NCBI GenBank assembly: GCA_963782545.1
Contig: CAWAKD010000007.1
Coordinates: 1,104,378 to 1,168,377, forward strand
From: an uncultured delta proteobacterium
GTDB lineage: Bacteria; Myxococcota_A; Polyangia; Fen-1088
Length of the DNA stretch: 64,000 nt
Reading direction: 5' to 3'
The notes under the pieces were generated by a model, which saw only the letters and a program-made list of their open reading frames with translations, searched no databases and had not been told where the DNA came from. Below, one piece after another: positions 15,967-25,383 of this stretch (position 1 is its first letter; each line of letters starts with the position of its first letter). A program made the translations under genes and the position numbers.

Positions 15967-16118
15967 GATGCGGAGAGTATATCGTCCCGGTGAACGCGGC
16001 ACCAAACTCAGCCCGGTGGCCCGCGATAACTGCAGGCAGGCGAGGTCGTGGTCGTGGTCGTGGTTGGGAACGGGCTCTAGCCCAGTGCCAAACTCCGTGG
16101 CATGAATAGGCGGAAAGG

Positions 16119-17231
16119 ATGACGCCGACACTCGAACGACCCGCGATCCTGCGCTGGCTCTCCGAAACGAACGCCTCGCGGCTCGGCGAGCTGTGGCAGG
16201 AGGCCGACCGCGTGCGCAAGGAGCATGTGGGTGACGAGGTGCACCTGCGCGGTCTCATCGAGATTTCCAATCACTGCCTGCGCCAGTGTCACTACTGCGG
16301 GTTGCGCGCGGGCAATCGCGACATCACGCGATACCGGATGACCGAAGACGAGATCGTAGCCTGCGCGAAGCAGGCCCGAGATCTGGACTACGGGACGGTC
16401 GTGCTACAAGCCGGCGAGGACGAAGAGCTCACTCTCGGCTCCGTCGCTCAGACCATCAGACGCATCAAGGCCGAAACCGCCTTGGCCGTCACCTTGAGTC
16501 TGGGCGAGCGCACGGTCGACGAACTGCGCGCCTGGCGCGAGGCGGGGGCCGATCGCTACTTGCTCCGCTTCGAAACCTCCAACAGCGACTTGTTTTCGCG
16601 CATGCATCCGCCGCGCGGCGGACGGCGGCCGTCGCGCATGAGCCTGATTCGCCAGCTCGGGCCGCTCGGCTACGAGGTGGGAAGCGGCGTCATGATCGGC
16701 ATTCCGGGCCAGAGCTACCAGGATCTGGCCAACGACCTCGATCTGTTCCGCGCGCTGGACCTGGACATGATTGGGGTCGGCCCGTTCATCCCCCACCCCG
16801 CCACGCCGCTTGGCCAAGTCGAGCGCGCAGCTTCCGAGAACCAGGTGCCGGCCAGCGAGCTCATGACCTACAAGATCATGGCCCTCGCGCGCTTGTTGTG
16901 CCCGCGGGCCAACATTCCCAGCACCACCGCCCTGGCCACCCTGAATATCGACCAGGGTCGCGAACTGGGCTTGCAGCGCGGCGCCAACGTCGTCATGCCC
17001 AACCTGACGCCGCCCGCGTACCGGCTTTACTACGAGATCTATCCGGGCAAGGCCTGCGTGCGCGAAACCGCTGACCTATGCAATCGCTGCATTACCGGCC
17101 GGATCGAGAAGCTCGGGCGCGAGATCGGCAAGGGGCCAGGCCCCTCGCCCAATCGGCGCCGCCGTGACCTGGACAAGAGGACGCAGCTCGAAAGGGTCGC
17201 GGCGAGAACACGCGCCCCACGCCGGCCCTGA
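16119..17231 (+). CDS. Radical SAM enzyme of the HydE/BioB/ThiH family, closest in motif spacing to [FeFe]-hydrogenase maturase HydE.
   Basis: IEISNHCLRQCHYCGLRAGNRD (CxxxCxxC), then VVLQAGEDEE...LRFETSN...IGIPGQSYQDLANDL...MIGVGPFIPHP. GGAAAGG RBS. Confidence 0.75.
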   Translation: MTPTLERPAILRWLSETNASRLGELWQEADRVRKEHVGDEVHLRGLIEISNHCLRQCHYCGLRAGNRDITRYRMTEDEIVACAKQARDLDYGTVVLQAGEDEELTLGSVAQTIRRIKAETALAVTLSLGERTVDELRAWREAGADRYLLRFETSNSDLFSRMHPPRGGRRPSRMSLIRQLGPLGYEVGSGVMIGIPGQSYQDLANDLDLFRALDLDMIGVGPFIPHPATPLGQVERAASENQVPASELMTYKIMALARLLCPRANIPSTTALATLNIDQGRELGLQRGANVVMPNLTPPAYRLYYEIYPGKACVRETADLCNRCITGRIEKLGREIGKGPGPSPNRRRRDLDKRTQLERVAARTRAPRRP

Positions 17232-17247
17232 GGCTGGGACACGAGGC

Positions 17248-18540
17248 CTAGGCCAAGGCCAGCGCCTCGTCGAGCGCGTCGATTAGATCGTCGGAATGTT
17301 CCAGGCCGACCGACAGGCGCACGAGATCCGGGGTCAAGCCACCCGCGCGCTGTTGCTGCTCCGAAAGCTGTGCGTGCGAGGTACTGGCGGGGTGAAGGAT
17401 GAGGCTCTTGGCGTCGCCCACGTTGGCAAGGTGCGAAAACAACTTGATGTTGTCGATGACCTTGACCGCGGACGGAAAGCCGCCCTTGACGCCGAACACC
17501 ACCATGCCGCCAAAGCCGTTCTTCAGATACTTGCCCGCTCGGTCGTAGCTCGGATCGTCCTTGAGGCCCGGGTAGCGCACCCACGCAACCTTCGCGTGCT
17601 TCTTGAGGTGCTCCGCGACCTTGAAGGCGTTTTCGCTATGACGGACCATGCGGACCGGCAAGGTCTCGATCCCTTGCAGGAAAAGGAAGGAGTTGTCGGG
17701 CGAGATGGCCGCGCCCAGGTTGCGCAGCGGCACCGTGCGCACGCGCAACGCGAAGGCGATGGGCGCCAAGGCCTCGGGCAGATCGTGCGCCCAGCGCAGG
17801 CCGTGGTAGTTGCTGTCGGGCTCGTTGAGCAAGGGGAAACGCGGGTTGTTCTTCCACTGGAACTTGCCCGAGTCGGTGATGATGCCACCGATGGCGGATC
17901 CGTGGCCACCGAGCCATTTGGTAAGCGAGTTCACGACGATGTCGGCGCCGTGGTCGATGGTACGCAGGAGGTATGGCGTGGTGAAGGTGCCGTCCACGAT
18001 GAGGGGAAGACCGTGCTTGTGTGCGACCTCGGCCAGGGCAGCCACGTCGGTGAAATCGAGCACCGGGTTGCCGATGGTCTCGACGAAGACGGCACGCGTC
18101 TTGTCGGTGATGGCCTTGGCGAAGTTCTTCGGATCCTTGGCGTCGACGAAGTTCACCTTGATGCCGAACTGGGGCAGGATGGAGTCGAACTGCGTGTAGG
18201 TGCCACCGTAAAGATTGTTGGCCGAGACGATCTCGTCGCCGGACCGCGCCAGGGTGATGATGGCGTAGAAGATCGCCGCGGTACCGGAGGCCAGCGCCAC
18301 CGAGGCCGCGCCACCCTCGAGCTGCGACACCCGCTGTTCGAGGATGTCGGTGGTCGGATTCATCAGCCGCGTGTAGATGTTGCCCAGCTCCTTGAGCGCG
18401 AAGAGGTTGGCGGCATGCTCCGTGTTCTTGAAGACGTAGGAGGTTGTCCGGTAGACCGGCACTCCGCGCGACAGGGTCGCGTCGGGGGTCTGTCCAGCGT
18501 GCAGGGCTAGGGTTTCGAATCGGTAGGGTTTCGCGCTCAT
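17248..18540 (-). CDS. metY: O-acetylhomoserine/O-acetylserine sulfhydrylase (PLP, Cys/Met metabolism family).
   Basis: 430 aa with the PLP-lysine region VVNSLTKWLGGHG. Near-canonical OAH sulfhydrylase throughout. Confidence 0.9.
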   Translation of the reverse strand: MSAKPYRFETLALHAGQTPDATLSRGVPVYRTTSYVFKNTEHAANLFALKELGNIYTRLMNPTTDILEQRVSQLEGGAASVALASGTAAIFYAIITLARSGDEIVSANNLYGGTYTQFDSILPQFGIKVNFVDAKDPKNFAKAITDKTRAVFVETIGNPVLDFTDVAALAEVAHKHGLPLIVDGTFTTPYLLRTIDHGADIVVNSLTKWLGGHGSAIGGIITDSGKFQWKNNPRFPLLNEPDSNYHGLRWAHDLPEALAPIAFALRVRTVPLRNLGAAISPDNSFLFLQGIETLPVRMVRHSENAFKVAEHLKKHAKVAWVRYPGLKDDPSYDRAGKYLKNGFGGMVVFGVKGGFPSAVKVIDNIKLFSHLANVGDAKSLILHPASTSHAQLSEQQQRAGGLTPDLVRLSVGLEHSDDLIDALDEALALA

Positions 18541-18570
18541 GGTCTGTCCTCTTTCCGTTGTGTCGACGCG

Positions 18571-18632
18571 GTTGTAGCACGCCGTATATCGCCGTCAACC
18601 ATAAAGGAATTGTGTCCTATATTATGGACACC
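18571..18632 (-). promoter_or_regulatory. Candidate metY promoter (TTGACG-N16-TACAAC, then an AGAGGA RBS) with an upstream palindrome GTGTCC-N8(tatattat)-GGACAC at 18613-18632.
   Basis: Sequence inspection of the metY 5' region; the AT-rich palindrome is conspicuous in a GC-rich genome. Confidence 0.3.
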
Positions 18633-18710
18633 AATACGGGGCGGTTCGTGAATTGCCCGGGTTTCCCGCGCGACGCCACGGCAACCCCGTATCGAATGAT
18701 GGACAACGTG

Positions 18711-19362
18711 CTAGCGCGCGTAAATGATCAGGTCGTGGTAGCGCCCCTCCGAGGTGCCCGGGTTCTCGTAAGCGTGGGCCTCGTCGGCGCGGAAGGAGAT
18801 CGAATCTCCCGGGGCCAGCGCGTAGACCTCGATGCCCACGCGCAGGTTGAGCGTGCCGCTCAGGACCACGACGATTTCGCGGGTTCCGGCGGCATGCGGA
18901 TCCGAGGCATGCGAGGCCCGCGCGGCCAGCCGCAACTCGTAGAGCTCCACCCAGGGATTCGAGCCGGCCGGTGACAGTGGGCGACTCTCCATCTTTCCGT
19001 CGGCCGAACGCAACACCTGGGCCTCGCTCCGGCGAAGCACGGACACCCCGTGTTCTTGCCCACCGATGAGATCGGAGAACGGGAATACCAAGGCCCACCG
19101 CGATCTTCCACAACACGCCGAGCGAAGGATTGCTCTTGTATAGCTCGATCTGCGACAAGGCGGCGCGACTGACCCCTGACGCCACGGCCAGCTCGTCGAG
19201 CGAGAGACCGCGCGCCTTGCGTTTTTCTCGCAGTTGCGTTCCGACTCGCTTGGCCAGGTCGGCGGCACCCACGTCGTCACCAGGCGGGAGCGGGGCCCTG
19301 CGCAAGCTCGCTGCCGGCGCCCGCTTACTTCTTGTCTGGACGGGTGTCTTTTCTTTCTTCAT
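18711..19362 (-). CDS. XRE-family HTH transcriptional regulator with a C-terminal cupin sensor domain. A 1-nt frame break lies between the HTH and the cupin.
   Basis: The HTH (LSLDELAVASGVSRAALSQIELYKSNPSLGVLWKIAVGLGIP) is in track ORF 18622..19362; the cupin (FSDLIGGQEHGVSVL...GDSISFRADEAHAYENPG) is in ORF 18711..19280. Junction at ggt att ccc g ttc. GAGGG RBS. Confidence 0.75.
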
Positions 19363-19614
19363 GTCGCCCTCGTTCCGCGCACCATACCATCAGCCCGCTG
19401 CCGCGACAGGCAGGACACGGGGCATGGCGCCGCGGCGTCCTCCCACAGGGGTGAACGTAGGTGCGGGCGAGTGTTCCCCAGCACGCGAAACCATCAAAAA
19501 GATTGGCGGTCGCCGCCGGAACAGCGATATTGCCCAGAGCCCGCAAGTTGGGTGTTGTTACTTCTGGACTTCATCGCGGGTCCCTCTCACCCTTGTCGAA
19601 ATCAGGAGTACAAA

Positions 19615-20949
19615 ATGCGGTTTGGTGTTGTACCGACTCTACGATGTTCGTCGCCACTTCATTCCTGGCCTGCGTTGCCAACACGCATTTCACCGAGACA
19701 TACCGCTGGGAGTGCGGGCGGCCAGCTCCAGCTTCGGGCGGCACCACCTCTTCCGGCGGTAACACATCCTCCGGCGGTTCCATCTCCTCGGGCGGTTCTT
19801 CGGCCTCGGGCGGCACAAATCCTCCGGGGGCGCCTTGGCCTCGGGCGGCATCACTCGTCCGGCGGTTCTTCGGCTCGGGCGGCACCGCCTCCTCGGGGGG
19901 CGCGTCAGCTTCGGGCGGCACCACATCCTCGGGTGGAGTGACCTGCTCGGGCGGTTCGGGGGGACCACCAGCCATCGTGACCGGCCCCTGCACCGACGTT
20001 CCCCGCCCGATCAATCCAACCATGCGCGGACTGGCTGGCTTGGGGCAACTGCGCAACCAGCTGGTTCGTGGACAACAACTACTGCAACAAGACGTGCGGC
20101 CGCTGCGGCGGCGGTGGCGTGACCGGTTCCGGCGGCGTGACCAGTTCCGGCGGTTCGTCGGCACGCGGCGGTTCGGGAGGGGCAGCGGGCTCGGGCGGGA
20201 GAACTTCCTCGGGCGGGGTGACCGGCTCGGGCGGTTCCGCCGGCAGTGGCGGTAGCACCAGCCCGGGAGGCACCAATCCACAGTTCACGGGCACGAATGG
20301 CTGGGCAAGCCGCTATTGGGACTGCTGCAAGCCTTCGTGTGGATGGACGGCCAATTCCAATCCTCCAGTTCCGAGCTGCGCCAAGGACGGGACGGGCCGA
20401 GTCGGCGTAGACAGCAAGAACGGCTGCGAGGGCGGGGGGTCGGCCTTCGAATGCTACGACTTTTCGCCCTGGTACGATGCGAGCACCAATATGTCGTACG
20501 GTTTCGCGGCCTACAATGGGGTCGCCTGCGGCACCTGTTTCATGCTGCAATTCACGGGCAGCAGCAACTCCGGCCCCAACGACGGCGCCGCCGCGATCAA
20601 AGGCCAGCAGATGGTCGTGCAAGTCATCAATATCGGCGGCATCCAGGCCAACCAGTTCGACCTCCTGATCCCAGGTGGCGGCGTAGGCGCCATGAATGGT
20701 TGCGCGACCCAGTGGGGGTCGTCGACCGACCTCGGCGTGCAGTACGGCGGCCTGCTTTCGGAATGCGGCGGCGACCCTGCCTGCATGAAGGGCAAGTGCT
20801 CCTCGGTTTTCGGCAATGTTTCGTCGGTGTTCAAGGCCGGCTGCGACTGGTTCACGGGTTGGTTCAGCTCGGCCGACAATCCCAATCTGGTCTACAAGCA
20901 GGTATCGTGCCCCTCGCAGCTCACCTCGAAGACCGGCCTCTCGAAGTAG
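19615..20949 (+). CDS. Glycoside hydrolase family 45 endoglucanase with an N-terminal signal, Gly/Ser/Thr linkers and a small Cys/Trp-rich CBM10-like module. Several frame disruptions in the linker-coding repeats.
   Basis: The catalytic domain in ORF 20068..20949 matches GH45 hallmarks (SRYWDCCKPSCGW; QMVVQVINIGG..QFDLLIPGGGVG; ADNPNLVYKQVSCP), including both catalytic Asp contexts. CADWLAWGNCATSWFVDNNYCNKTCGRCG resembles CBM10. A strong AGGAG RBS precedes the ATG at 19615. Confidence 0.75.
19730..19985 (+). repeat. Degenerate tandem DNA repeats (ggcggYwcYtcYtcSggc units) encoding SGG(T/S)(T/S)SSGG linkers.
   Basis: Visible periodicity. The correct linker reading switches frame three times within about 50 nt (around 19830, 19855 and 19876). 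Confidence 0.6.
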
Positions 20950-21138
20950 CCAAGAGAGGTGCGACGGCGCGTGCCGGCGGAGTCAGAGCCGGCATCCATG
21001 CCTTCGCCGTGAGCAGGCGCACACGATGGTCTTCGCTCGCACAAGCCGGTGGGGGTAACTTTCCACGGGATTCGTCGAAATCCCCGGCTGTTTCAGCGAA
21101 TTCAGGCCACAGCCGCTGCCACAATCGGGTAGAGTTTA

Positions 21139-21158
21139 GTTCATAGAGGTTCATAGAG
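21139..21158 (+). promoter_or_regulatory. Perfect tandem direct repeat GTTCATAGAG x2, 7 nt upstream of the ATG of the downstream fibro-slime gene.
   Basis: Seen directly. The 10-bp period resembles OmpR/PhoB-type response-regulator direct-repeat sites; the core TCATA resembles a Pho box half-site. Confidence 0.3.
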
Positions 21159-21165
21159 ATTCTCC

Positions 21166-23149
21166 ATGCGGTCCTTTCCACCTTTGCTGCTCGTCGCGGT
21201 TTCGGGTTCCCTATTCATGGTCGCGTGTGTGTCGGCCAACATCATTCAGACGGGCCCCACGGGTGGAGGGGGCGATGAGGCCGATGCAAACACCATCCAT
21301 CTCGATGCGCCATCGACAACTTTCAAGCTCGATGGGAGCACTTTGTCGCGCGCCGGATCTGACGCTCCTCCCGGACCGAATTGCGGCAACGGCGAGCGGA
21401 CCAGCGACGAGGCCTGCGACGACGGCAATACGGTATCGGGCGACGGCTGCGCCAACAACTGCCTCAGCGTCGAGCCGGGTTTTTCGTGCGTCCCCCCAGG
21501 AAAGCCCTGCCGCCCGGTGGCTCGCTGCGGTGATGGCTTGGTGGTGTTCCCCGAACAGTGTGACGACGGCAACCTTGCAGCCGGCGACGGCTGTTCGGCC
21601 GGCTGCAAGGTCGAGATCGGCTGGAAGTGCGATGGCAACCCCAGCACCTGCTCGCACACCACATGCGGCGACCACACGATCGAAGGCGCCGAGGGCTGCG
21701 ACGACGGCAACAGCATGCCCTTCGACGGCTGCTCGGCCGATTGCCAAAACGAGCCCTCCTGCAAAGGCAGCGGCGCCTGCACCTCGCGATGTGGTGACGG
21801 CATCGTGCTAAACGAGGAATGCGACGACGGCAACAACACCGACGGCGACGGTTGCTCGCACGACTGCAAGATCGAGTCTGGTTTCAAGTGTTCGCAACCC
21901 GATATCGGCGACAAGATGATGGTGCCGGCCGTGTACCGCGACTTCAACTACCACAACCCGACCGACTTCGAGGCCGGGGTCACCGGTTCGAAGACCCCCA
22001 CCACGGGCCTGGTCAAGAGCGACCTCGATGCCAACGGCAAGCCGGTGTACACCGGGGTCACCGGCAACGCTGTTCACATCGAAAGCGCAGCCTCGCTCGC
22101 CAAGTGGTACACCAACGTCGACGGAGTGAACCACGCGACCACGGGCAAGCTGACCCTGTGGGACAACGGCAAGGGCGGCTACGTGAATCGGTACAAGGAG
22201 GACGGAACCCAATACTTCAACACCGAGCCGGCCTACTACTGCGGAAACGTCGGTTCGGAGAAGACCGACGCCAACGGAGACCCGATCCCGTGCACCTCCA
22301 TGTACGCGACGGCCACCAATTGCGACGAAATGGCCGCCAAGGGCGAGGAGATGCTGCCGGGGAGCTGCATCTCCACCAACGGTTCGTACAGCGCCAAGTT
22401 CATCGTTTCGAAGATGGATGGCAACCCTTGCTTCTTCCCCGTCGACAACGACAACTTCTCGAAGGACAGGAATTACGCCGCAGATTCCTCCCTACTACGA
22501 CGCCTCGAAGTCGTGGCCGAAACAGGTCGACGACGCCGGGAACGTGATCATGCACAACTTCAGCTTCACCAGCGAGGTGCGCTACTGGTTCAAGTTCGAC
22601 AAGAGCAAGACCTACACCCTCGACTTTACCGGCGACGACGATGTCTGGGTGTTCATCAACGGCAAGCTCGCAGTCGACCTGGGCGGCATCCACTCGCCGG
22701 TCAGCGGCAGCATCGTGATCGGCTCGAACGGCAACGGTACCACCACGGTGACCTCGTACGATGACCAGGGCGTCGCCACCACCCCGACCACGTCGACCGC
22801 CGACCTCGGCTTGCAGGACGGCAAGGTTTACGAGGCCGCCGTCTTTCAAGCCGAGCGCCAGACCACCGGCTCGTCCTACAAGTTGACACTGAGCGGCTTC
22901 AATGCCGCACCCAGCGACTGCCACCCCGATTGCGGCGACGGCGTTCTGGAGATCGGCGAAGAGTGCGACGATGGTCCGGACAATGGCAAGGGTGGCTACG
23001 GCAGCTGTGGTGCAGACTGCACCTTGCAGGCCGGCTTCTGCGGCGACAACGTGGTCCAGGAGGGCGAGGACTGCGACGAAGGCGCCCTGAACGGCACCGG
23101 CGCCGACCACTGCCCGTCCGGTTGCCACTACCTCATCCCGATTCTCTGA
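21166..23149 (+). CDS. Second Cys-rich-repeat + fibro-slime domain secreted protein, a paralog of the gene at 24..2022. A +1 frame change falls inside the fibro-slime domain near 22470-22495.
   Basis: ORF 21166..22764 (signal MRSFPPLLLVAVSGSLFMVACVSA, four CGDG..CDDGN repeats, start of fibro-slime YRDFNYHNPTDFEAG) continues in ORF 22418..23149 (HNFSFTSEVRYWFKFD..GDDDVWVFINGKLAVDLGG, then C-terminal repeats). Confidence 0.8.
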
Positions 23150-23207
23150 TTCATCGCTGCGGGGACTGGCAGCGCGGCACGAAGTCGTCGTACACTCGGG
23201 CATCTCC

Positions 23208-24473
23208 ATGCTCGACATTCGACTCGTCCGTGAAAAACCCGATGAGGTCCGCGCAGGGCTGCGCAAGCTGGCCGCGGACGTGGACCTCGACGCCCTGCAT
23301 CGCCCTCGACGAGGGCGTGCGCAAGCTCAAGAACGATTCCCAGGCCATCCAGGCCGACCAGAATCGCCTGTCCAAGGAAATCGCCAAGGCGCCCAGCCCC
23401 GAAGCGCGTGCGGAGATCAAGGCCAAGGGCGCCGCACTCAAGGAAAGGAACGAGCAGCTGCTCAAGGATCTGGCCGCGCAGGAGGCCGCTCTCGACGAGA
23501 AGTTGCTGGAGTTGCCCAACCTGCCCCACCCGTCGGTGCCCGTGGGCAAGGATGAAAGCGAAAACCGCATCGTGCGCGAGGAAGGCGCGAAGCGCGCCTT
23601 CGCCTTCACCCCGAGGCCCACTGGGATCTGGGTCCGCGCTGGGGCATCATCGACTTCGACCGCGGGGTCAAGATCTCGGGCAGCCGCTTCTACGTGCTCA
23701 AGGATTGGGGCGCCCGCCTGCAACGCGCGCTGATCTCGTTCATGCTCGACCTGCACACCCGCAAGCACGGCTACACCGAGGTCCTGCCGCCCTACATGGT
23801 TCGACGCGAGTGCCTGGTGGGCACGGGCAATCTGCCCAAGTTCGGCGACAATCTGTACCACGACGCCAGCGAGGATTTCTGGTTCATCCCCACCGCCGAG
23901 GTGCCCGTCACCAACCTCTACCGCGATGAGGTTCTCGACGGCGCACGGCTCCCCATCAAGCACGTGGCCTTCACCGCGTGCTTCCGCCGCGAGCAGATGG
24001 CCGCCGGCCGCGACACCCGCGGCATCAAGCGCGGCCACCAGTTCGACAAGGTCGAGCTGGTCAAATTCGTCAGGCCGGAAAACTCCATGGACGAGCTCGC
24101 TGGGCTGCTCTCCGACGCGGAGGATGTCCTCAAAGCGCTGGAGCTCCCCTACCGCGTGGTCGAGATGTGCACCGGCGACCTTTCCTTTTCGGCTATGGTC
24201 AAGTTCGACCTCGAGTTGTGGGCGCCCGGCTGCGGCGAATGGCTCGAAGTCAGCTCGTGCTCGAACTTCGGCGACTTCCAGGCTCGTCGCGCGAAGATCC
24301 GTTTCAAGGATGGCAAGGAGAAGAACCGTTTCGTCCACACCCTCAACGGCTCCGCTTTGGCCTTGCCAAGAACCCTGATTGGTGTTCTCGAAACCTACCA
24401 GCGGGCGGATGGAAAGCTAGACGTCCCCCTGGCGCTTCGACCATACTTCGATGGTATCGACGTGCTCGGGTAG
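23208..24473 (+). CDS. serS: Seryl-tRNA synthetase. The reading frame is broken twice (about 23300 and 23618) and restored.
   Basis: N-terminus MLDIRLVREKPDEVRAGLRKLAADVDLDAL (frame 0); coiled-coil arm IALDEGVRKLKND...AFAFTPRP (frame 1, track ORF 22930..23733); catalytic core HWDLGPRWGIIDFDRGVKISGSRFYVLKDWGARL...FRREQ... (frame 0, ORF 23694..24473). Confidence 0.85.
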
Positions 24474-24479
24474 TCCAAC

Positions 24480-25349
24480 GTGGAAGGCAAGCCGCTCGCA
24501 CTGGCCGTTTTCTTCTCTGGCGTCTTCGCCATCGCCATGGGTGTGCTGATCCTCCATGCCGCCAGCGCGCCGCCACCCACGCCCAAGCGCCCGGAACCCC
24601 CGCCGCCCCCCTCGGCGATGATCAACTCGGACATGCGCTTTTCGGTCGTCTACTACAAGGCGCTCATCGAGCAGGATGCCAAGTCCTACGGCATTGCGCC
24701 GCCCTCCTACGAGGATCTCTTGCAACCCAACCCCTACTTCGATGAACTGCGCGAACGGCAGCACCTGCACGTCAAGTCGCCCATCGAAACCCGTCATCTG
24801 CGCATCACCCTGGAGGTACTCAAGGAGACCACGATCATCGAGTCCCATTCCCTGTCTACCGACCACCTGGTGTTACGCATCGAAAATCGCACGCCGCTCT
24901 TCCTCGCCTACCGCGTCCGCACGACGGTTCCCGACAAGCAGAAGTGCGCGATGAAGGCCGAGCTGGCGCACAACGCCATCGCCCTCGAACCCGAGCAGAC
25001 CATCCTGCGCACCGAGTGCCTGTTTCGAAAGGATGCGCGCATCGACGTCACCAGCATCGAGGTCATCGAATTGCCCGCTCTTTCCGCCTACTACGTGTCT
25101 CGCGTGCCACCCAACAGCACCTTCTACGATCCGAGAACTTCGGCTGGCCACACGCCCCCACGAGGAGTCATGTGCCCGCAGACCTTCTCCTGGCGAGACA
25201 TCAGGGAAGGCATCGAAAAGAAGCAACTGGGCTGGCGCGACGTGATGGACTTCTATGCGCGTCACAACTGCAGTGAATACTCATTTTTCAAGTCCTATCG
25301 TTACCGCAGGGATCCATCGGAACCCCTGCCCGCCCGTTCACTCGACTAA
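24480..25349 (+). CDS. Hypothetical protein with a single N-terminal TM anchor.
   Basis: ORF with a GTG start; hydrophobic LALAVFFSGVFAIAMGVLIL followed by a Pro-rich stretch. No recognisable domain. Confidence 0.5.
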   Translation: MEGKPLALAVFFSGVFAIAMGVLILHAASAPPPTPKRPEPPPPPSAMINSDMRFSVVYYKALIEQDAKSYGIAPPSYEDLLQPNPYFDELRERQHLHVKSPIETRHLRITLEVLKETTIIESHSLSTDHLVLRIENRTPLFLAYRVRTTVPDKQKCAMKAELAHNAIALEPEQTILRTECLFRKDARIDVTSIEVIELPALSAYYVSRVPPNSTFYDPRTSAGHTPPRGVMCPQTFSWRDIREGIEKKQLGWRDVMDFYARHNCSEYSFFKSYRYRRDPSEPLPARSLD

Positions 25350-25383
25350 CCCTTTGATATTCGCTACATTACCCGAATCGGTT

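Noticed and set aside
16030-16060. A (GTCGTG)3 hexamer repeat, which would encode HDHDHD in the track's Maf ORF.
   Set aside because: An ATG start at 16131 would make maf overlap the divergent radical SAM gene by its 5' end. An internal GTG start gives a canonical-length Maf, so the repeat is intergenic.
14145-16270. Track ORFs of 473 and 546 aa (14145..15566 and 14630..16270), which suggest large proteins.
   Set aside because: Only their C-terminal parts (deaminase, YggS) are real. The N-terminal extensions are Arg-rich out-of-context read-through of upstream genes in other frames. Real starts are GTG codons overlapping the upstream stops.
19730-19985. Periodic short repeats that could look like a CRISPR or VNTR array.
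   Set aside because: They are in-frame Gly/Ser/Thr linker codons of the GH45 gene, with variable units and no spacers.
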